From the NCBI GenBank assembly GCA_016841605.1, contig JAENYV010000009.1, positions 18,718-82,717 of the forward strand: a stretch of DNA of 64,000 nucleotides, read 5' to 3'. Below, in pieces: positions 53,701-64,000 of the stretch. Both the position numbers and the translations under genes were made by a program. Source of the stretch: Dethiobacter alkaliphilus. Its GTDB lineage: Bacteria > Bacillota > Dethiobacteria > DTU022 > UBA8154. Positions within the stretch are counted from its first letter, which is position 1, and every line of letters begins with the position of its first letter. Below the pieces are notes generated by a model that was given only the letters and a program-made list of their open reading frames with translations, was not told where the DNA came from and searched no databases.

Positions 53701-54650
53701 CCGGGACCTGTTACCGGGCGGCCTCTTCTGCCGTTATCGATCAGGGCATCGACTGCTTCCTGTAGCATCCGCTTTTCATTGCGGACAATAATATCAGGTG
53801 CACCGAGATCAAGTAATCTTTTTAAGCGATTATTCCTGTTGATCACCCTGCGATAAAGGTCATTTAAATCTGAAGTTGCAAAACGTCCTCCGTCCAGCTG
53901 AACCATGGGACGCAAATCCGGCGGAATAACCGGGACAACATCCATAATCATCCAAGATGGAGAATTACCCGATTTGCGAAACGATTCCACAACCTCCAGA
54001 CGCCGGATGGCACGCACCTTTTTTTGTCCGCTGCTAACTCTAATTTCCGTCCGAAGGGAGTCAACCTGTTCTTCAAGTTCGATCTCATCCAAAAGTTTTT
54101 TTATCGCTTCCGCACCCATCTCCGCCTTAAAACCCTTGCCGGCAGTAAAAAGTGCCTCATATTTTTCCCGGTAATCCCTGTATTCCGCTTCAGTAAGAAG
54201 CTGTTTCTTGCTGAGATATGTTTCTCCGGGATCGATCACCACATAGGCAGCGAAATAAAGTATCTTTTCCAGGGCACGGGGCGACATGTCCAGCAGTAAT
54301 CCCATACGGCTGGGAATTCCCTTAAAATACCAAATATGGGAAACAGGTGCAGCCAATTCAATATGCCCCATTCTTTCCCGGCGGACCTTGGCCCTTGTTA
54401 CCTCTACTCCACAGCGGTCACAAACGATTCCTTTATAGCGGACCCGCTTGTATTTACCACAGTGACATTCCCAATCTTTTTGGGGACCAAAAATCTTTTC
54501 ACAAAAAAGGCCCTCTCTCTCCGGCTTCAGAGTACGATAATTGATAGTCTCGGGTTTTTTTACCTCCCCACGCGACCAAGCTCTGATCTGTTCCGGTGAA
54601 GCCAAGCTTATCTGCAGTGCATCAAAATTGTTGACATCCAACAAGGGCAA
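50766..54650 (-). CDS. rpoC: DNA-directed RNA polymerase subunit beta' (with extended acidic C-terminal tail)
   Basis: 1294 aa; ...[41 protein letters not shown]...[12 protein letters not shown]...; ~135 residues follow the conserved GKLIPAGTG. Confidence 0.98.
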   Translation of the reverse strand: MPLLDVNNFDALQISLASPEQIRAWSRGEVKKPETINYRTLKPEREGLFCEKIFGPQKDWECHCGKYKRVRYKGIVCDRCGVEVTRAKVRRERMGHIELAAPVSHIWYFKGIPSRMGLLLDMSPRALEKILYFAAYVVIDPGETYLSKKQLLTEAEYRDYREKYEALFTAGKGFKAEMGAEAIKKLLDEIELEEQVDSLRTEIRVSSGQKKVRAIRRLEVVESFRKSGNSPSWMIMDVVPVIPPDLRPMVQLDGGRFATSDLNDLYRRVINRNNRLKRLLDLGAPDIIVRNEKRMLQEAVDALIDNGRRGRPVTGPGNRPLKSLSDMLKGKQGRFRQNLLGKRVDYSGRSVIVVGPELKLYQCGLPKEMALELFKPFVMRKLVKDGHAHNIKSAKRMVEKVRPEVWDVVEEVIKDHPVLLNRAPTLHRLGIQAFEPILVEGKAIKIHPLVCAAYNADFDGDQMAVHVPLSAEAQAEARILMLSANNLLNPKDGNPVVAPTQDMVLGIYYLTIEKDGARGEGGFYLNAAEAVLAYHQGHIELQARIVVDITDSTKSNLYPDRKEKKYLITTPGKLIFNDIFPQDFPYINHADTKNPLQDGYFAFRGECRPTLLWKRLPELSPNKPLKKNFMGQLIALCYRKYGNTKTAEILDDIKKLGFSYATVAGVTIGIDDIVVPGTKKDTLAEADKQVEEIEKQYRRGFITSDERYDRVISIWQKAKDTISSNLMSGFDRFNPIYMMSQSGARGNESQITQLAGIRGLMADPTGRIIDLPIKANFREGLTVLEYFISTHGARKGLADTALKTADSGYLTRRLVDVAQDVIVRDLDCGTMQGITVGELKDSEEDVSDDVIEHLIERIVGRFALEDILHPESGEILVQADELINEEIAQNIVGAGIKEVNIRSVLTCKSRFGVCIKCYGRNLATGNLVEVGEAVGIIAAQSIGEPGTQLTMRTFHTGGVAGDDITQGLPRVEELFEARKPKGQALISEITGQVEMREARSKREIKVQSSHGEVKNYQVPYGARLKVKDNDSVEAGQEMTEGSVNPHDLLKVKGIRGVQLYLLQEVQKVYRLQGVDINDKHIEVMIRQMMKKVKIEDAGDTDLLPGSMEDSFIVEEVNRKIVEMGGKPAVGRPVLLGITKASLATDSFLSAASFQETTRVLTEASIKGKVDPLLGLKENVIIGKLIPAGTGMSRYRNIRVVQPDTEEEGNPLSYDSVLPVDFADEDDGEMLQDNKMSAHELLHAGGLEMNEEITPDTEENEVEKNESNSLQNSDSLMTAAKENSPGDFFHSSDDN

Positions 54651-54678
54651 TTTCCCCCTTCCAGATATTTGTTGGTGC

Positions 54679-57600
54679 CTACAGCAAATCGTCCTCTTCT
54701 ACTTTAACTTTCATACCGCTGTGCTCCAGTGACCGTTTGATCGCCTTTTCTTCTTCATCGAAAAGATCATCTTCTTCCGGCTCATCGTTCTCGTCAAAAT
54801 TTTCAAGAGAAACCCTCTCCAGTTCATCGTCATCAAGGAGTACATCTTCTTCAGCAAGATCATCTTCTACAAGATCCGTTTCTTCTCCCTCTCTTTCAAT
54901 CCCTTCAATATTAACATCCAGCAAATAGTCGTTCTCCTCTTCATCTTCACGGATAGCGACTTCGCCTTCATCTTCACTTAAAACCTTGACGTTTAATCCG
55001 AGACTCTGCAGTTCCTTGACCAGAACTTTAAACGATTCAGGAACACCCGGCTCAGGAATATTGTCTCCTTTAACAATGGCCTCGTACGTTTTTACCCTGC
55101 CAACAACATCATCCGATTTGACGGTAAGAATCTCCTGCAGCATATAAGCAGCCCCATAAGCTTCCAGGGCCCAAACTTCCATCTCCCCGAATCTCTGGCC
55201 GCCGAACTGTGCCTTCCCACCCAGCGGCTGTTGTGTTACCAGTGAATAAGGACCGGTTGAACGGGCGTGGATCTTATCATCCACCAGGTGGGCCAGTTTC
55301 AGCATATATATATAGCCGACTGTAATATCATTTTCAAACTCTACTCCGGTCCGCCCGTCTCTCAGAGTGGTTTTTCCGTTTACCGGAAGGGATGCTTCTT
55401 CAAAGGCACGGTAAATATCTTCCTCCTGGGCGCCGTCAAAAACGGAGGAGGCAATGAAAATCCCCAGACTTTTTGCCGCCCATCCCAAATGGGTCTCCAA
55501 CACCTGCCCGATATTCATCCGGGAAGGAACACCAAGAGGATTAAGAACAATTTCCACAGGATTACCGTCGGGCATATAAGGCATATCTTCTTCGGGAAGA
55601 ATACGGGCAATTACTCCTTTATTTCCATGACGCCCGGCCATTTTATCCCCTTCGGAAATTTTTCGTTTTTGTGCCACATAGACCCTCACCAGCTGATTTA
55701 CCCCGGGTGAAAGCTCATCGCCCGCTTCCCTGGAGAAAACTTTTACGTCCACTATCATTCCTGATTCTCCATGGGGAACCCGCAGGGAGGTGTCTCGCAC
55801 TTCCCTGGCTTTCTCACCAAAGATCGCCCTCAGGAGTCTTTCCTCTGCCGTCAATTCAGTCTCTCCCTTGGGGGTGACCTTACCGACCAGAATGTCTCCT
55901 GCTCTCACTTCTGCTCCGATGCGGATAATTCCCCTTTCATCCAGGTCTCTGAGCGCATCTTCGCCTACATTGGGGATATCCCTTGTTATCTCTTCAGGTC
56001 CGAGCTTTGTATCTCTGGCTTCCGATTCGTATTCTTCAATATGAATAGAGGTAAAGACGTCATCTTTGACCAGTTTTTCACTGATCAGAATTGCATCTTC
56101 GTAGTTGTACCCTTCCCAGGGCATAAAAGCCACCAGAATGTTGCGTCCAAGGGCAAGTTCTCCCATATCGGTGGATGGGCCGTCCGCAATAATTTCACCC
56201 TTCTCGACGAACTGACCGCTACGGACAATAGGCCTCTGGTTCATACAGGTACCCTGGTTGGAGCGTTTAAAGGTCTGAAGTCTGTAAATATCGCATCCTT
56301 TAAAAGTATAACTTTTTCCTTTTTCCTTAAAAAACTCCCCGGTCCGGCCATGAATAACCATGTTAGGTCCATCAGGATCTTCCTGACGTCTAATGCGGAT
56401 CTCCGTACTGGAGACGTAAACAACCTGTCCTGCATTCTCAGTAACAACCATTACTCCGGAATCAAGAGCCGCCTTGTATTCCATTCCTGTTCCGACCAGA
56501 GGAGCCTCCGCCTTCAGGAGCGGAACAGCCTGGCGTTGCATGTTGGATCCCATTAATGCCCGGTTTGCGTCGTCATTCTCCAGGAACGGTATCATTGCTG
56601 TTGCCACACTGACCAGTTGTTTGGGAGAAACATCCATATAATCCACTTCCGAAGGGGGAACAAGCACAGTATCCTCCCAGAAGCGACAGGTTACCCGCTT
56701 ACTCTGAAACATCCCCTTGTCATCCAAAAGGGCATTGGCCTGGGCAATAGTATATTCATCCTCATCATCAGCGGTAAGGTATGCTACTTCTTCAGTGACC
56801 TGATTATTACTTTTATTTACTTTGCGATAAGGTGTTTCAATAAAGCCGTACTCATTAATACGGGCATATGTGCTCAAAGAACCAATCAAACCGATATTCG
56901 GCCCTTCAGGAGTTTCAATTGGACACATACGTCCGTAGTGAGAGTGGTGAACATCCCGCACCTCAAAGCCGGCCCGTTCACGACTCAGTCCCCCCGGCCC
57001 AAGAGCACTCAGACGCCGTTTATGAGTAAGTTCGGCCAGCGGATTCGTCTGGTCCATAAACTGAGAAAGCTGGCTGCTTCCGAAAAATTCTTTAATAGCG
57101 GCAATTACCGGTCTTATATTAATTAACGCTTGCGGAGTAATTGCCTCCACATCCTGAATGGTCATTCTTTCCCTGACCACCCTTTCCATACGGGAAAGAC
57201 CGATACGAAACTGGTTCTGCAGCAGTTCTCCCACACTGCGCAGCCTCCTGTTTCCCAAGTGGTCAATATCGTCGATGGTCCCGATTCCGTCCATCAAGTT
57301 TAACATATAACCTATTGTTGCAATAATATCATCCCGCGTAAGATGTTTTATCTGAGCAGGAACAGTATTATTGCAGATTACTGTACATGATTTACCATCC
57401 TTGTTTAAAACCTTTAACCTGCTGATCCGACACTCTTCCATGCGTTTTAAAAGTTCTGCATCAATCGCTACCCGCTGGGGACCCAGTACTTCACCACTAT
57501 CCGGATCAATCAGATCTTCGGCAAAAGCATTATGAATTACCCTGCTTCGTAAAGAAAGTTTTTTATTAATTTTATAGCGTCCGACCCTGGCAAAATCATA

Positions 57601-58383
57601 CCTTTTGGAATCAAAAAAAAGCGATTCAAAAAGAGTACGGGCATTTTCCACATTCAAAGGTTCTCCCGGCCTGAGACGCTTATAAACTTCCAGCAGTGCA
57701 TCATCCTGGGAATCCGTATGATCTTTTTCCATCGTGTTAAGTATGCGGCCGTCTCCATCATAAAGCTCCATTAATTCATTGGTAGAACCGTATCCAATGG
57801 CTCGAAGAAGAACAGTTACAGGAATCTTACGTGTTCGATCCACTTTTACCCAAAGAACATCATTAACATCTGCTTCAAATTCCAACCATGCCCCCCTGTT
57901 GGGGATAATTGTTCCGGTAAAAAGTTCCTTACCGTTATAATTCTGGCTGTTGAAATAAACACCCGGAGAACGTACCAACTGACTGACAATTACCCGTTCA
58001 GCCCCGTTGATAATGAAAGTCCCGTTCTTCGTCATCAAAGGAAAATCACCCATAAAAACTTCCTGTTCTTTTACCTCACCGGTTTCCCGGTTTACCAAAC
58101 GAACACGCACTTTCATCGGAACGGCAAAGTTCGCATCCCTTTCCTTGCATTCTTCTACAGAATACTTCGGCTCACCTAAAGTATGGTCAATAAATTCCAA
58201 CACCAGGTTTTGGGTAAAGTCTTTTATGGGGGAAATATCCTGGAAAACTTCTCTTAGTCCGTCCTCTAGAAACCATTTGTACGAACTTTTCTGCATCTCG
58301 ATCAGATCCGGAATATCCAAGATCTCGTGAATACGGGAATAAGATCGTCTTTTTCTTTTCCCCGACTTCACATCAAAATACAT
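54679..58383 (-). CDS. rpoB: DNA-directed RNA polymerase subunit beta
   Basis: Start set to the ATG ([31 protein letters not shown]...) after SD gggggag; the track begins at an upstream TTG; long acidic C-terminal tail. Confidence 0.95.
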   Translation of the reverse strand: MYFDVKSGKRKRRSYSRIHEILDIPDLIEMQKSSYKWFLEDGLREVFQDISPIKDFTQNLVLEFIDHTLGEPKYSVEECKERDANFAVPMKVRVRLVNRETGEVKEQEVFMGDFPLMTKNGTFIINGAERVIVSQLVRSPGVYFNSQNYNGKELFTGTIIPNRGAWLEFEADVNDVLWVKVDRTRKIPVTVLLRAIGYGSTNELMELYDGDGRILNTMEKDHTDSQDDALLEVYKRLRPGEPLNVENARTLFESLFFDSKRYDFARVGRYKINKKLSLRSRVIHNAFAEDLIDPDSGEVLGPQRVAIDAELLKRMEECRISRLKVLNKDGKSCTVICNNTVPAQIKHLTRDDIIATIGYMLNLMDGIGTIDDIDHLGNRRLRSVGELLQNQFRIGLSRMERVVRERMTIQDVEAITPQALINIRPVIAAIKEFFGSSQLSQFMDQTNPLAELTHKRRLSALGPGGLSRERAGFEVRDVHHSHYGRMCPIETPEGPNIGLIGSLSTYARINEYGFIETPYRKVNKSNNQVTEEVAYLTADDEDEYTIAQANALLDDKGMFQSKRVTCRFWEDTVLVPPSEVDYMDVSPKQLVSVATAMIPFLENDDANRALMGSNMQRQAVPLLKAEAPLVGTGMEYKAALDSGVMVVTENAGQVVYVSSTEIRIRRQEDPDGPNMVIHGRTGEFFKEKGKSYTFKGCDIYRLQTFKRSNQGTCMNQRPIVRSGQFVEKGEIIADGPSTDMGELALGRNILVAFMPWEGYNYEDAILISEKLVKDDVFTSIHIEEYESEARDTKLGPEEITRDIPNVGEDALRDLDERGIIRIGAEVRAGDILVGKVTPKGETELTAEERLLRAIFGEKAREVRDTSLRVPHGESGMIVDVKVFSREAGDELSPGVNQLVRVYVAQKRKISEGDKMAGRHGNKGVIARILPEEDMPYMPDGNPVEIVLNPLGVPSRMNIGQVLETHLGWAAKSLGIFIASSVFDGAQEEDIYRAFEEASLPVNGKTTLRDGRTGVEFENDITVGYIYMLKLAHLVDDKIHARSTGPYSLVTQQPLGGKAQFGGQRFGEMEVWALEAYGAAYMLQEILTVKSDDVVGRVKTYEAIVKGDNIPEPGVPESFKVLVKELQSLGLNVKVLSEDEGEVAIREDEEENDYLLDVNIEGIEREGEETDLVEDDLAEEDVLLDDDELERVSLENFDENDEPEEDDLFDEEEKAIKRSLEHSGMKVKVEEDDLL

Positions 58384-58471
58384 AAAAAAATCACTCCCCC
58401 GTCGATGTTTTTCCTTACAGGGAAACAAAATCTTAAAATAGAAAGCACATGAAAAATGTTCTGTTAATAAG

Positions 58472-58530
58472 AGACTAAAAAATCAAATGCCATAATTGCT
58501 TATTTTTACCCTAAAAATAAGCAATTATGC
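58472..58530 (-). terminator. rplL-rpoB intergenic attenuator-like hairpin
   Basis: 18-bp perfect inverted repeat cataattgcttattttta/taaaaataagcaattatg with a 3-nt loop; on the minus-strand RNA it is followed by AUUUGAUUUUUU, upstream of the rpoB SD. Confidence 0.4.
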
Positions 58531-58600
58531 ATTCGTCTTTTTTATCACAGGTGGTAGTTTTGTAGAAAAAATTATATCTGGAACCATTACGCATTTTGTA

Positions 58601-58629
58601 ATAATATCACATTGAAATGGGATAGTCAA
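58601..58629 (-). promoter_or_regulatory. Putative sigma-A promoter TTGACT-N17-TATTAT for rpoBC
   Basis: Minus-strand hexamers between the rplL terminator and the attenuator hairpin. Confidence 0.45.
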
Positions 58630-58640
58630 GCTTGGAAATA

Positions 58641-58686
58641 CAAAAAAACAAATTTAAAGAAAAAAACTCCCCGTGGAGGGAGTTTT
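58641..58686 (-). terminator. Rho-independent terminator after rplL
   Basis: Minus-strand RNA AAAACUCCC-UCCACG-GGGAGUUUU followed by UUUCUUUAAAUUUGUUUUUUU. Confidence 0.7.
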
Positions 58687-58718
58687 GATTTGTAAGCATT
58701 AAAAGTTAATTAAATTAA

Positions 58719-59099
58719 TTATTTTATTTCTATGGAAGCACCGGCTTCAACAAGCTTATCTTTAATGGATTCCGCTTCTTCTTTGCTGATCTTTTCCTTG
58801 ACAGGCTTGGGTGCTTCATCGACAAGGGCCTTTGATTCCTTTAAACCAAGGCCGGTAATTTCGCGGACGACCTTGACTACCTGAATCTTTTTCTCTCCTG
58901 CTGAGGTCAGGATGACATCAAATTCGCTTTGTTCTTCCTGGGGGGCTTCCTCCGCTGCAGGCCCTGCCGGAGCAGCCATCATTGCCATGGGAGCCGCAGC
59001 ACTAACTCCAAATTCTTCCTCAAAGCTTTTAATTAACTCAGACAGTTCCAGGACGGTCATACCCTTAACAATTTCCAGGACTTCCTGTACTTTCGACAT
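58719..59099 (-). CDS. rplL: 50S ribosomal protein L7/L12
   Basis: [37 protein letters not shown]... Confidence 0.95.
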   Translation of the reverse strand: MSKVQEVLEIVKGMTVLELSELIKSFEEEFGVSAAAPMAMMAAPAGPAAEEAPQEEQSEFDVILTSAGEKKIQVVKVVREITGLGLKESKALVDEAPKPVKEKISKEEAESIKDKLVEAGASIEIK

Positions 59100-59164
59100 T
59101 ATTTTGCCTCCTTTAGTTATTTTAAGAGTTTTAAGTTTTTGGTAACAAAAGAGTAAAAGCAGGT

Positions 59165-59698
59165 TTAACTATTTTCCTGCTGTTCTTTTTTTTCTTTCAC
59201 AGCCTGAAGAACAAAGGCCAGGTTACGAATATTCCCCTGTAAAACATTCAGCAATCCGGATATCGGTGCCTGGAAACAGCCAAGGGCTTTCGCAAGAAGG
59301 ACCTCCCTCGGCGGTAGTTCCGATAAACGTTTCAGGCTGCCTTCATCCAATACATTCTTGTCGAGAACGCCTCCTTTTAAGGAAAGCTTATCATTCTCCT
59401 TGGCAAACTTAACTAAAAGTTTTACAGGTGTTAACGGATCATCAAACCCGTAGGCAATACCCATGGGTCCTTCCAGGTAATCTTCAAGATCGTTCAAACC
59501 GGTCTCCCTGGCCGCAATTTTGGTCAATGTATTTTTAACTACCCGGTATTTGATCCCTTCCTGCTGTAAAATACGGCGCAGTTTATTCATTTGAGCAACA
59601 TTTAATCCCCTGTAATCCGTCAGAACAATAATATTTGCTCTACTTAAATCATCCTTTATTTCCGCAACTTTGTTTTCTTTTTCCGGACGTTTACCCAA
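59165..59698 (-). CDS. rplJ: 50S ribosomal protein L10
   Basis: 177 aa; ...[19 protein letters not shown]... Confidence 0.95.
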   Translation of the reverse strand: MGKRPEKENKVAEIKDDLSRANIIVLTDYRGLNVAQMNKLRRILQQEGIKYRVVKNTLTKIAARETGLNDLEDYLEGPMGIAYGFDDPLTPVKLLVKFAKENDKLSLKGGVLDKNVLDEGSLKRLSELPPREVLLAKALGCFQAPISGLLNVLQGNIRNLAFVLQAVKEKKEQQENS

Positions 59699-59933
59699 TA
59701 TTTCACCCCCTTTTTTTATTCAACTTTTTAATTTTTTGTCTTTAAACTAAAAAAACCTTCCCGCAAGAAGGTAATAATTAAGGACACCGCTGTCTTAACA
59801 GTTCCTTTCTTTTACCTCGGCAGGCGGCGTTAAACCATTATGCAAAAGCACCTGCTGTCTGCGGTACTGTAGTATTTATGTTTTATATCTCGCTTTAAGA
59901 TTTTTTATAAAGAAAAAACCTCCATTATCACGA
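59699..59933 (-). promoter_or_regulatory. rplJ (L10) leader region
   Basis: 235-nt untranslated gap between rplA and rplJ; the L10(L12)4 autoregulatory leader is well established in bacteria; structure not verified here. Confidence 0.4.
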
Positions 59934-60641
59934 TCACGCCTTACCTAAAGTAGCAGCTTTCTGGGTGTTTACTTTTATTCCAGGACTCATTGTGGAGCTC
60001 ACCGTAATGCTTTTTAGATACTGACCTTTAGCTGCAGCCGGTTTGGCTTTAATTAGCGTTTCAATAACGGTATAAAAGTTTTCCAACAAATTTTCAGGTG
60101 AAAAGGATATTTTCCCTAGAAGAACATGAATATTTCCGGCTTTATCAGTCCGATACTCTACTTTTCCTGCCTTAATTTCAGCGATAGCCCGGCTTACATC
60201 AAAAGTAACCGTTCCCGTCTTGGGATTGGGCATAAGTCCCCGGGGGCCGAGAATACGTCCCAGTTTTCCTACGATACCCATAACATCAGGGGTAGCTACC
60301 GCGACATCAAAATCCAGCCATCCACCTTGAATTTTTTCCGACAGTTCTTCAACTCCAACGATATCGGCACCGGCATCTTCAGCTTCTTTGGCTTTCTCTC
60401 CTTTGGCAAAAACAATTACGCGCAGCTCTTTTCCGGTTCCATGCGGTAAAACAACCGCTCCCCTGACCTGCTGGTCGGCATGCTTGGGATTCACACCAAG
60501 TTTTACGGCAAGCTCCACTGTCTCATCAAATGAAGCAGTAGCAACTTCTTTTAAGAGAGAAATAGCTTCTACAGGATCGTAATGAACGGTCCGGTCAACC
60601 TTGTTTTTAGCTTCCAGATATTTCTTGCTGTCTCTGGACAT
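59934..60641 (-). CDS. rplA: 50S ribosomal protein L1
   Basis: [32 protein letters not shown]... Confidence 0.95.
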   Translation of the reverse strand: MSRDSKKYLEAKNKVDRTVHYDPVEAISLLKEVATASFDETVELAVKLGVNPKHADQQVRGAVVLPHGTGKELRVIVFAKGEKAKEAEDAGADIVGVEELSEKIQGGWLDFDVAVATPDVMGIVGKLGRILGPRGLMPNPKTGTVTFDVSRAIAEIKAGKVEYRTDKAGNIHVLLGKISFSPENLLENFYTVIETLIKAKPAAAKGQYLKSITVSSTMSPGIKVNTQKAATLGKA

Positions 60642-60691
60642 TTAATTACCTCCTCGTGGTCCCAACGAAAATAATTTTCTCCCACCTAAGT

Positions 60692-61123
60692 TCAATCTTC
60701 AACCACAATCCCCATGCTGCGGGCAGTACCTTCAATAATCTTCACCGCAGCTTCCAGCTCTACCGTATTAAGATCTTCCAATTTTTGTTTTGCAATGTCC
60801 CTAACCTTATCCCGGGAAATTTTCGCTACTTTAACTTTGTGAGGTTCTCCGGAACCTTTATCAATATTCAAAGCTTTTTTTAAAAGAACCGCCGCAGGAG
60901 GGGTTTTGGTTATGAAGCTAAAAGAACGATCTTCATAAACACGCAGTTCAACTGGAATAATCAATCCTGCATCACCGGCAGTTTTTTCATTAAATTCCTT
61001 ACAAAATGCCATAATATTAACACCGTGCTGTCCCAGCGCAGGTCCGACAGGGGGAGCAGGTGTTGCTTTCCCGGCAGGAATCTGTAGTTTGATCATACCG
61101 ATTACTTTTTTTGCTTTGGCCAA
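60692..61123 (-). CDS. rplK: 50S ribosomal protein L11
   Basis: (M)[36 protein letters not shown]...; TTG start 6 nt after SD gaggggaggtg preferred over the track start. Confidence 0.9.
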   Translation of the reverse strand: MAKAKKVIGMIKLQIPAGKATPAPPVGPALGQHGVNIMAFCKEFNEKTAGDAGLIIPVELRVYEDRSFSFITKTPPAAVLLKKALNIDKGSGEPHKVKVAKISRDKVRDIAKQKLEDLNTVELEAAVKIIEGTARSMGIVVED

Positions 61124-61161
61124 AAGATGCACCTCCCCTCTTTCAAAATGTTAATAAAACC

Positions 61162-61689
61162 TTAAAGTTTTTCAACCTGGTCAAAAGTTAATTCAACAGG
61201 AGTTTCTCTGCCAAACATTGAAACGGTTACTTTTAATTTTCCCCTCTCGGGATGAATCTCTTCAATACCTCCGATAAAGTTGCTGAAAGGACCGCTAATA
61301 ACTCTAACCTGCTCCTTGAGAACAAAAGGTATCTTTGTCTTTGAACCGTCCATGCCCATCTGTTTAAGAATATGATTGACTTCCTGTTCACTTAAATGTA
61401 TCGGTTTGGAGCCCGGGCCGACAAAACCGGTTACACCTGGGGTATTACGCACAACAAACCAGGAATCATCTTCCATAATCATTTCAACCAGCACATACCC
61501 GGGAAATACCTTTCGGAGGATGGTTCGTCGCTGACCGTTTTTAGTCTCGATCTCCTTCTCCACGGGAACCAGAACGCGAAAAATCTTATCCTGCATCTCC
61601 ATGGATTCTACCCGCTTATCCAGGTTCGTTTTTACTTTATTTTCATAACCTGCATAAGTGTGTATCACATACCACCTTTTTTCTCCCAT
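61162..61689 (-). CDS. nusG: Transcription termination/antitermination factor NusG
   Basis: 175 aa; NGN + KOW domains (...WYVIHTYAGYENKVK...GKLKVTVSMFGRETPVEL). Confidence 0.95.
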   Translation of the reverse strand: MGEKRWYVIHTYAGYENKVKTNLDKRVESMEMQDKIFRVLVPVEKEIETKNGQRRTILRKVFPGYVLVEMIMEDDSWFVVRNTPGVTGFVGPGSKPIHLSEQEVNHILKQMGMDGSKTKIPFVLKEQVRVISGPFSNFIGGIEEIHPERGKLKVTVSMFGRETPVELTFDQVEKL

Positions 61690-61761
61690 AAATAAGGAGG
61701 AAGCTTATGCCTTTGCTTCCCGCTTCTCCTCCTCACATTAAATTATCTGGTAACCAAATTA

Positions 61762-61953
61762 TTAAATGACAAGCTTTAGTGCCGCTGTAAAACCGGTATC
61801 AAGAACCCAAAAGAAGGCACCTATCGCCAGGATAACCACAATAACTATCCCTGTAAAAACCGATAATTCACGCCTGGTAGGCCAGTTTACTTTTTTTAAT
61901 TCAACTCTTAAATCATGTAAAAAACGTTGCAATTTCCTGAAGTAGGTCGCCAT
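61762..61953 (-). CDS. secE: Preprotein translocase subunit SecE
   Basis: 63 aa, single TM segment; between rpmG and nusG. Confidence 0.85.
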   Translation of the reverse strand: MATYFRKLQRFLHDLRVELKKVNWPTRRELSVFTGIVIVVILAIGAFFWVLDTGFTAALKLVI

Positions 61954-61974
61954 TTCTTTCCTACCTCCCTGCCG

Positions 61975-62124
61975 TTATTTTGTTTCTTTATGCAAAGTAT
62001 GCGTTGTACAGCGGGGACAGTATTTCTTAAATTCCAGCCTATCCGCTTTGGTTTTTTTATTTTTGGTGGTTGTGTAGTTTCTCTCTTTGCATTCGGTACA
62101 GGCCATAGTAACTTTAACGCGCAT
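61975..62124 (-). CDS. rpmG: 50S ribosomal protein L33
   Basis: My translation: [49 protein letters not shown] (49 aa); SD aaggggtg; the track shows only an out-of-frame antisense ORF here. Confidence 0.9.
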   Translation of the reverse strand: MRVKVTMACTECKERNYTTTKNKKTKADRLEFKKYCPRCTTHTLHKETK

Positions 62125-62336
62125 TTCAAACACCCCTTTTACCTCTTAATCGCCACAACCTTCAATTTATCACAGTTCTTTGTCAATGTCAATATAGGGT
62201 AAAAGGCTTGCCTAACAAAGTAGTTTTGCCTTCTCCTTATTTGTTTATACGTCGGCTAGCTAATTTCACAAAAAGCCGAAGCACAACGGCATCGGCTTTT
62301 TAGAAAATCTCAGATATTTTCATCCTTTTTTCATTG

Positions 62337-63539
62337 TTACTCAATAATGGAAGTAACGACTCCCGCGCCCACTGTCCGGCCGCCTTCCCGAATAGCAAAG
62401 CGCAACCCTTCTTCCGTGGCAATGGTTGTGATCAGCTCAATGACCATGTTGACATTGTCTCCCGGCATGACCATTTCCACACCTTCGGGAAGAGTGATGT
62501 TACCCGTTACATCTGTGGTACGAAAATAAAACTGCGGCCGGTATCCCTGGAAAAAGGGAGTATGCCTGCCACCCTCTTCTTTTTTCAGAACATATACCTC
62601 CGCATTAAATTTTTTGTGCGGCTTGATGCTGCCCGGCTTGGCTAATACCTGGCCGCGCTCGATCTCTTCGCGGTCAATACCCCGCAGCAGAACACCAATG
62701 TTATCGCCCGCTTCGGCTTCATCCATGGTTTTACGAAACATTTCCACTCCGGTAGCAACCGTTTTGCGCGGACGCTCACTAAAACCGACAATCTCTACCT
62801 CATCCGTCACGTGAATAACACCGCGTTCTACCCGCCCCGTGGCAACGGTGCCGCGACCGGTAATCGTAAATACGTCTTCCACAGGCATCAGGAAAGGCTT
62901 ATCCTTGTCGCGCTCAGGAGTCGGAATATAGGCATCAATAGCTTCCATTAATTCCCAGACAACTTTACAGTTCGGGCAGTCTTTTGCTCCACAACCACAT
63001 TCCATAGCTTTCAGTGCGGAACCCGTTACGATAGGTATATCGTCACCGGGAAATTCATAGATGTTTAACAGATCCCGAACTTCCATTTCAACCAGTTCCA
63101 ATAATTCAGGATCGTCAACCTGGTCCGCTTTATTTAAAAAGACGACTATATAGGGAACCCCAACCTGACGAGCCAAAACAATGTGTTCCCTGGTCTGCGG
63201 CATCGGTCCGTCCGCAGCTGAAACGACCAAAATGGCACCGTCCATCTGGGCCGCACCGGTAATCATGTTCTTAACATAGTCGGCATGCCCCGGACAGTCC
63301 ACGTGGGCATAGTGCCGATTATCAGTTTCATATTCCACGTGCGCCGTGGCAATGGTAATACCGCGCTCCCGCTCTTCCGGCGCTTTGTCAATGGCATCAA
63401 AATCCATCCGGGACGCTAATCCTTGCGAAGCTAAACAGTAGGTAATCGCCGATGTTAAAGTCGTTTTCCCATGGTCCACATGCCCAATAGTCCCGACGTT
63501 AACATGCGGTTTGGTTCGCTCAAACTTCTTCTTGGCCAT
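62337..63539 (-). CDS. tuf: Elongation factor Tu (copy 2), nucleotide-identical to copy 1 across the CDS
   Basis: 400 aa, identical translation to 46072..47274; identity begins at the stop codon and ends a few nt 5' of the ATG. Confidence 0.98.
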   Translation of the reverse strand: MAKKKFERTKPHVNVGTIGHVDHGKTTLTSAITYCLASQGLASRMDFDAIDKAPEERERGITIATAHVEYETDNRHYAHVDCPGHADYVKNMITGAAQMDGAILVVSAADGPMPQTREHIVLARQVGVPYIVVFLNKADQVDDPELLELVEMEVRDLLNIYEFPGDDIPIVTGSALKAMECGCGAKDCPNCKVVWELMEAIDAYIPTPERDKDKPFLMPVEDVFTITGRGTVATGRVERGVIHVTDEVEIVGFSERPRKTVATGVEMFRKTMDEAEAGDNIGVLLRGIDREEIERGQVLAKPGSIKPHKKFNAEVYVLKKEEGGRHTPFFQGYRPQFYFRTTDVTGNITLPEGVEMVMPGDNVNMVIELITTIATEEGLRFAIREGGRTVGAGVVTSIIE

Positions 63540-63633
63540 ATTTTCTAAGATCCTCCTTTATGCAAATTACCGCTATGCAATCATCCGTTTTTTGCTAAAA
63601 GTTTATATTAAAAAAAAACACCCGTAAGTATTA

Positions 63634-63710
63634 TGGTGGCGGCGCAGGGACTCGAACCCCGGACACTACGGGTATGAACCGTATGCTCTAACCAGCTGAG
63701 CTACGCCGCC
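63634..63710 (-). tRNA. tRNA-Met (elongator, anticodon CAU)
   Basis: GGCGGCGTAGCTCAGCTGGTTAGAGCATACGGTTCATACCCGTAGTGTCCGGGGTTCGAGTCCCTGCGCCGCCACCA; manual cloverleaf, 77 nt with encoded CCA; no initiator hallmarks. Confidence 0.9.
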
Positions 63711-63711
63711 A

Positions 63712-63788
63712 TGGAGCTCACGACCGGATTCGAACCGGTGACCTTATCCTTACCAAGGATACGCTCTAACCTGCTGAGCTACGTGAGC
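63712..63788 (-). tRNA. tRNA-Thr (anticodon GGU)
   Basis: GCTCACGTAGCTCAGCAGGTTAGAGCGTATCCTTGGTAAGGATAAGGTCACCGGTTCGAATCCGGTCGTGAGCTCCA; anticodon loop TTGGTAA. Confidence 0.9.
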
Positions 63789-63859
63789 AGTAAACGAAGA
63801 ACGGTCTACTGTCATAATAAAAAAACATCTATGTTTAAAGTAAAAAACACTAGATAGTC

Positions 63860-63936
<77 letters not shown>

Positions 63937-64000
63937 TTATTCATTCTCTTACCTCATTAAAACACCTTTTATAAACTGATTCTGCCTGTCTTTATCACGA

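Noticed and set aside
27061-61132. N-terminal extensions in track ORFs for rplM, rplQ, rpsD, rpsK, infA, rplO, rplF, rplE, rplN, rpmC, rpsJ, rpoB and rplK
   Set aside because: The extended starts begin at GTG/TTG triplets lying inside the Shine-Dalgarno sequence or in the upstream gene. Conserved ribosomal-protein N-termini together with SD spacing support the shorter starts used above.
61908-62202. ORFs 61908..62129(-) and 61927..62202(+)
   Set aside because: The real gene here is rpmG (L33) in another frame at 61975..62124. These ORFs are out of frame or antisense.

Overview
The window has two different halves, and nearly everything is coded on the minus strand. Only a TetR gene is on plus.

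(1) 26.6-64 kb is a classical Firmicutes/Clostridia-type translation and transcription super-cluster. Read on the minus strand, high to low coordinate, it runs: tRNA-fMet, tRNA-Thr(GGU), tRNA-Met, tuf, rpmG, secE, nusG, rplK-A-J-L, rpoB, rpoC, an L7Ae-like gene, rpsL, rpsG, fusA, a second tuf, then the S10, spc and alpha operons (rpsJ through rplQ), ecfA1-ecfA2-ecfT, truA, rplM and rpsI. The two tuf copies are nucleotide-identical.

(2) 0-24 kb is an accessory, catabolic-looking island. Its central oddity is a split PEP-synthase/rifampin-phosphotransferase-like kinase: one gene encodes the ATP-grasp PPDK_N domain, a second encodes a novel N-terminal region plus the phospho-His 'PEP-utilisers' mobile domain. 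This pair is co-clustered with a three-part biotin-dependent carboxylase (biotin carboxylase, an 80-aa biotinyl carrier, and a pyruvate-carboxylase-5S-like carboxyltransferase). Also present are a UPF0261/Tm-1-like protein, an HD hydrolase, two AMP-forming CoA ligases, a thiolase with a tiny Zn-ribbon ORF, a GAF-PucR regulator and a TRAP transporter. Next to it lies a four-gene class-I benzoyl-CoA-reductase / 2-hydroxyacyl-CoA-dehydratase-like operon (two HgdC-type ATPases and two large subunits) under a divergent TetR regulator with recurring operator-like repeats. I read this as a candidate, so far undescribed, ATP-dependent phosphorylation-then-carboxylation route (ketone or phenol-type substrate -> phosphorylated intermediate -> beta-keto or aromatic acid -> CoA ester -> thiolysis / ring reduction).

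Smaller observations: a decayed 3' remnant of a paralogous carboxyltransferase gene; a ~300-bp GC-rich, hairpin-dense intergenic element; a duplicated promoter/operator block; long acidic C-terminal tails on RpoB and RpoC; and no adk between secY and map. No transposase, integrase or CRISPR array was seen. Product calls are from motif-level reading only; no database search was possible.
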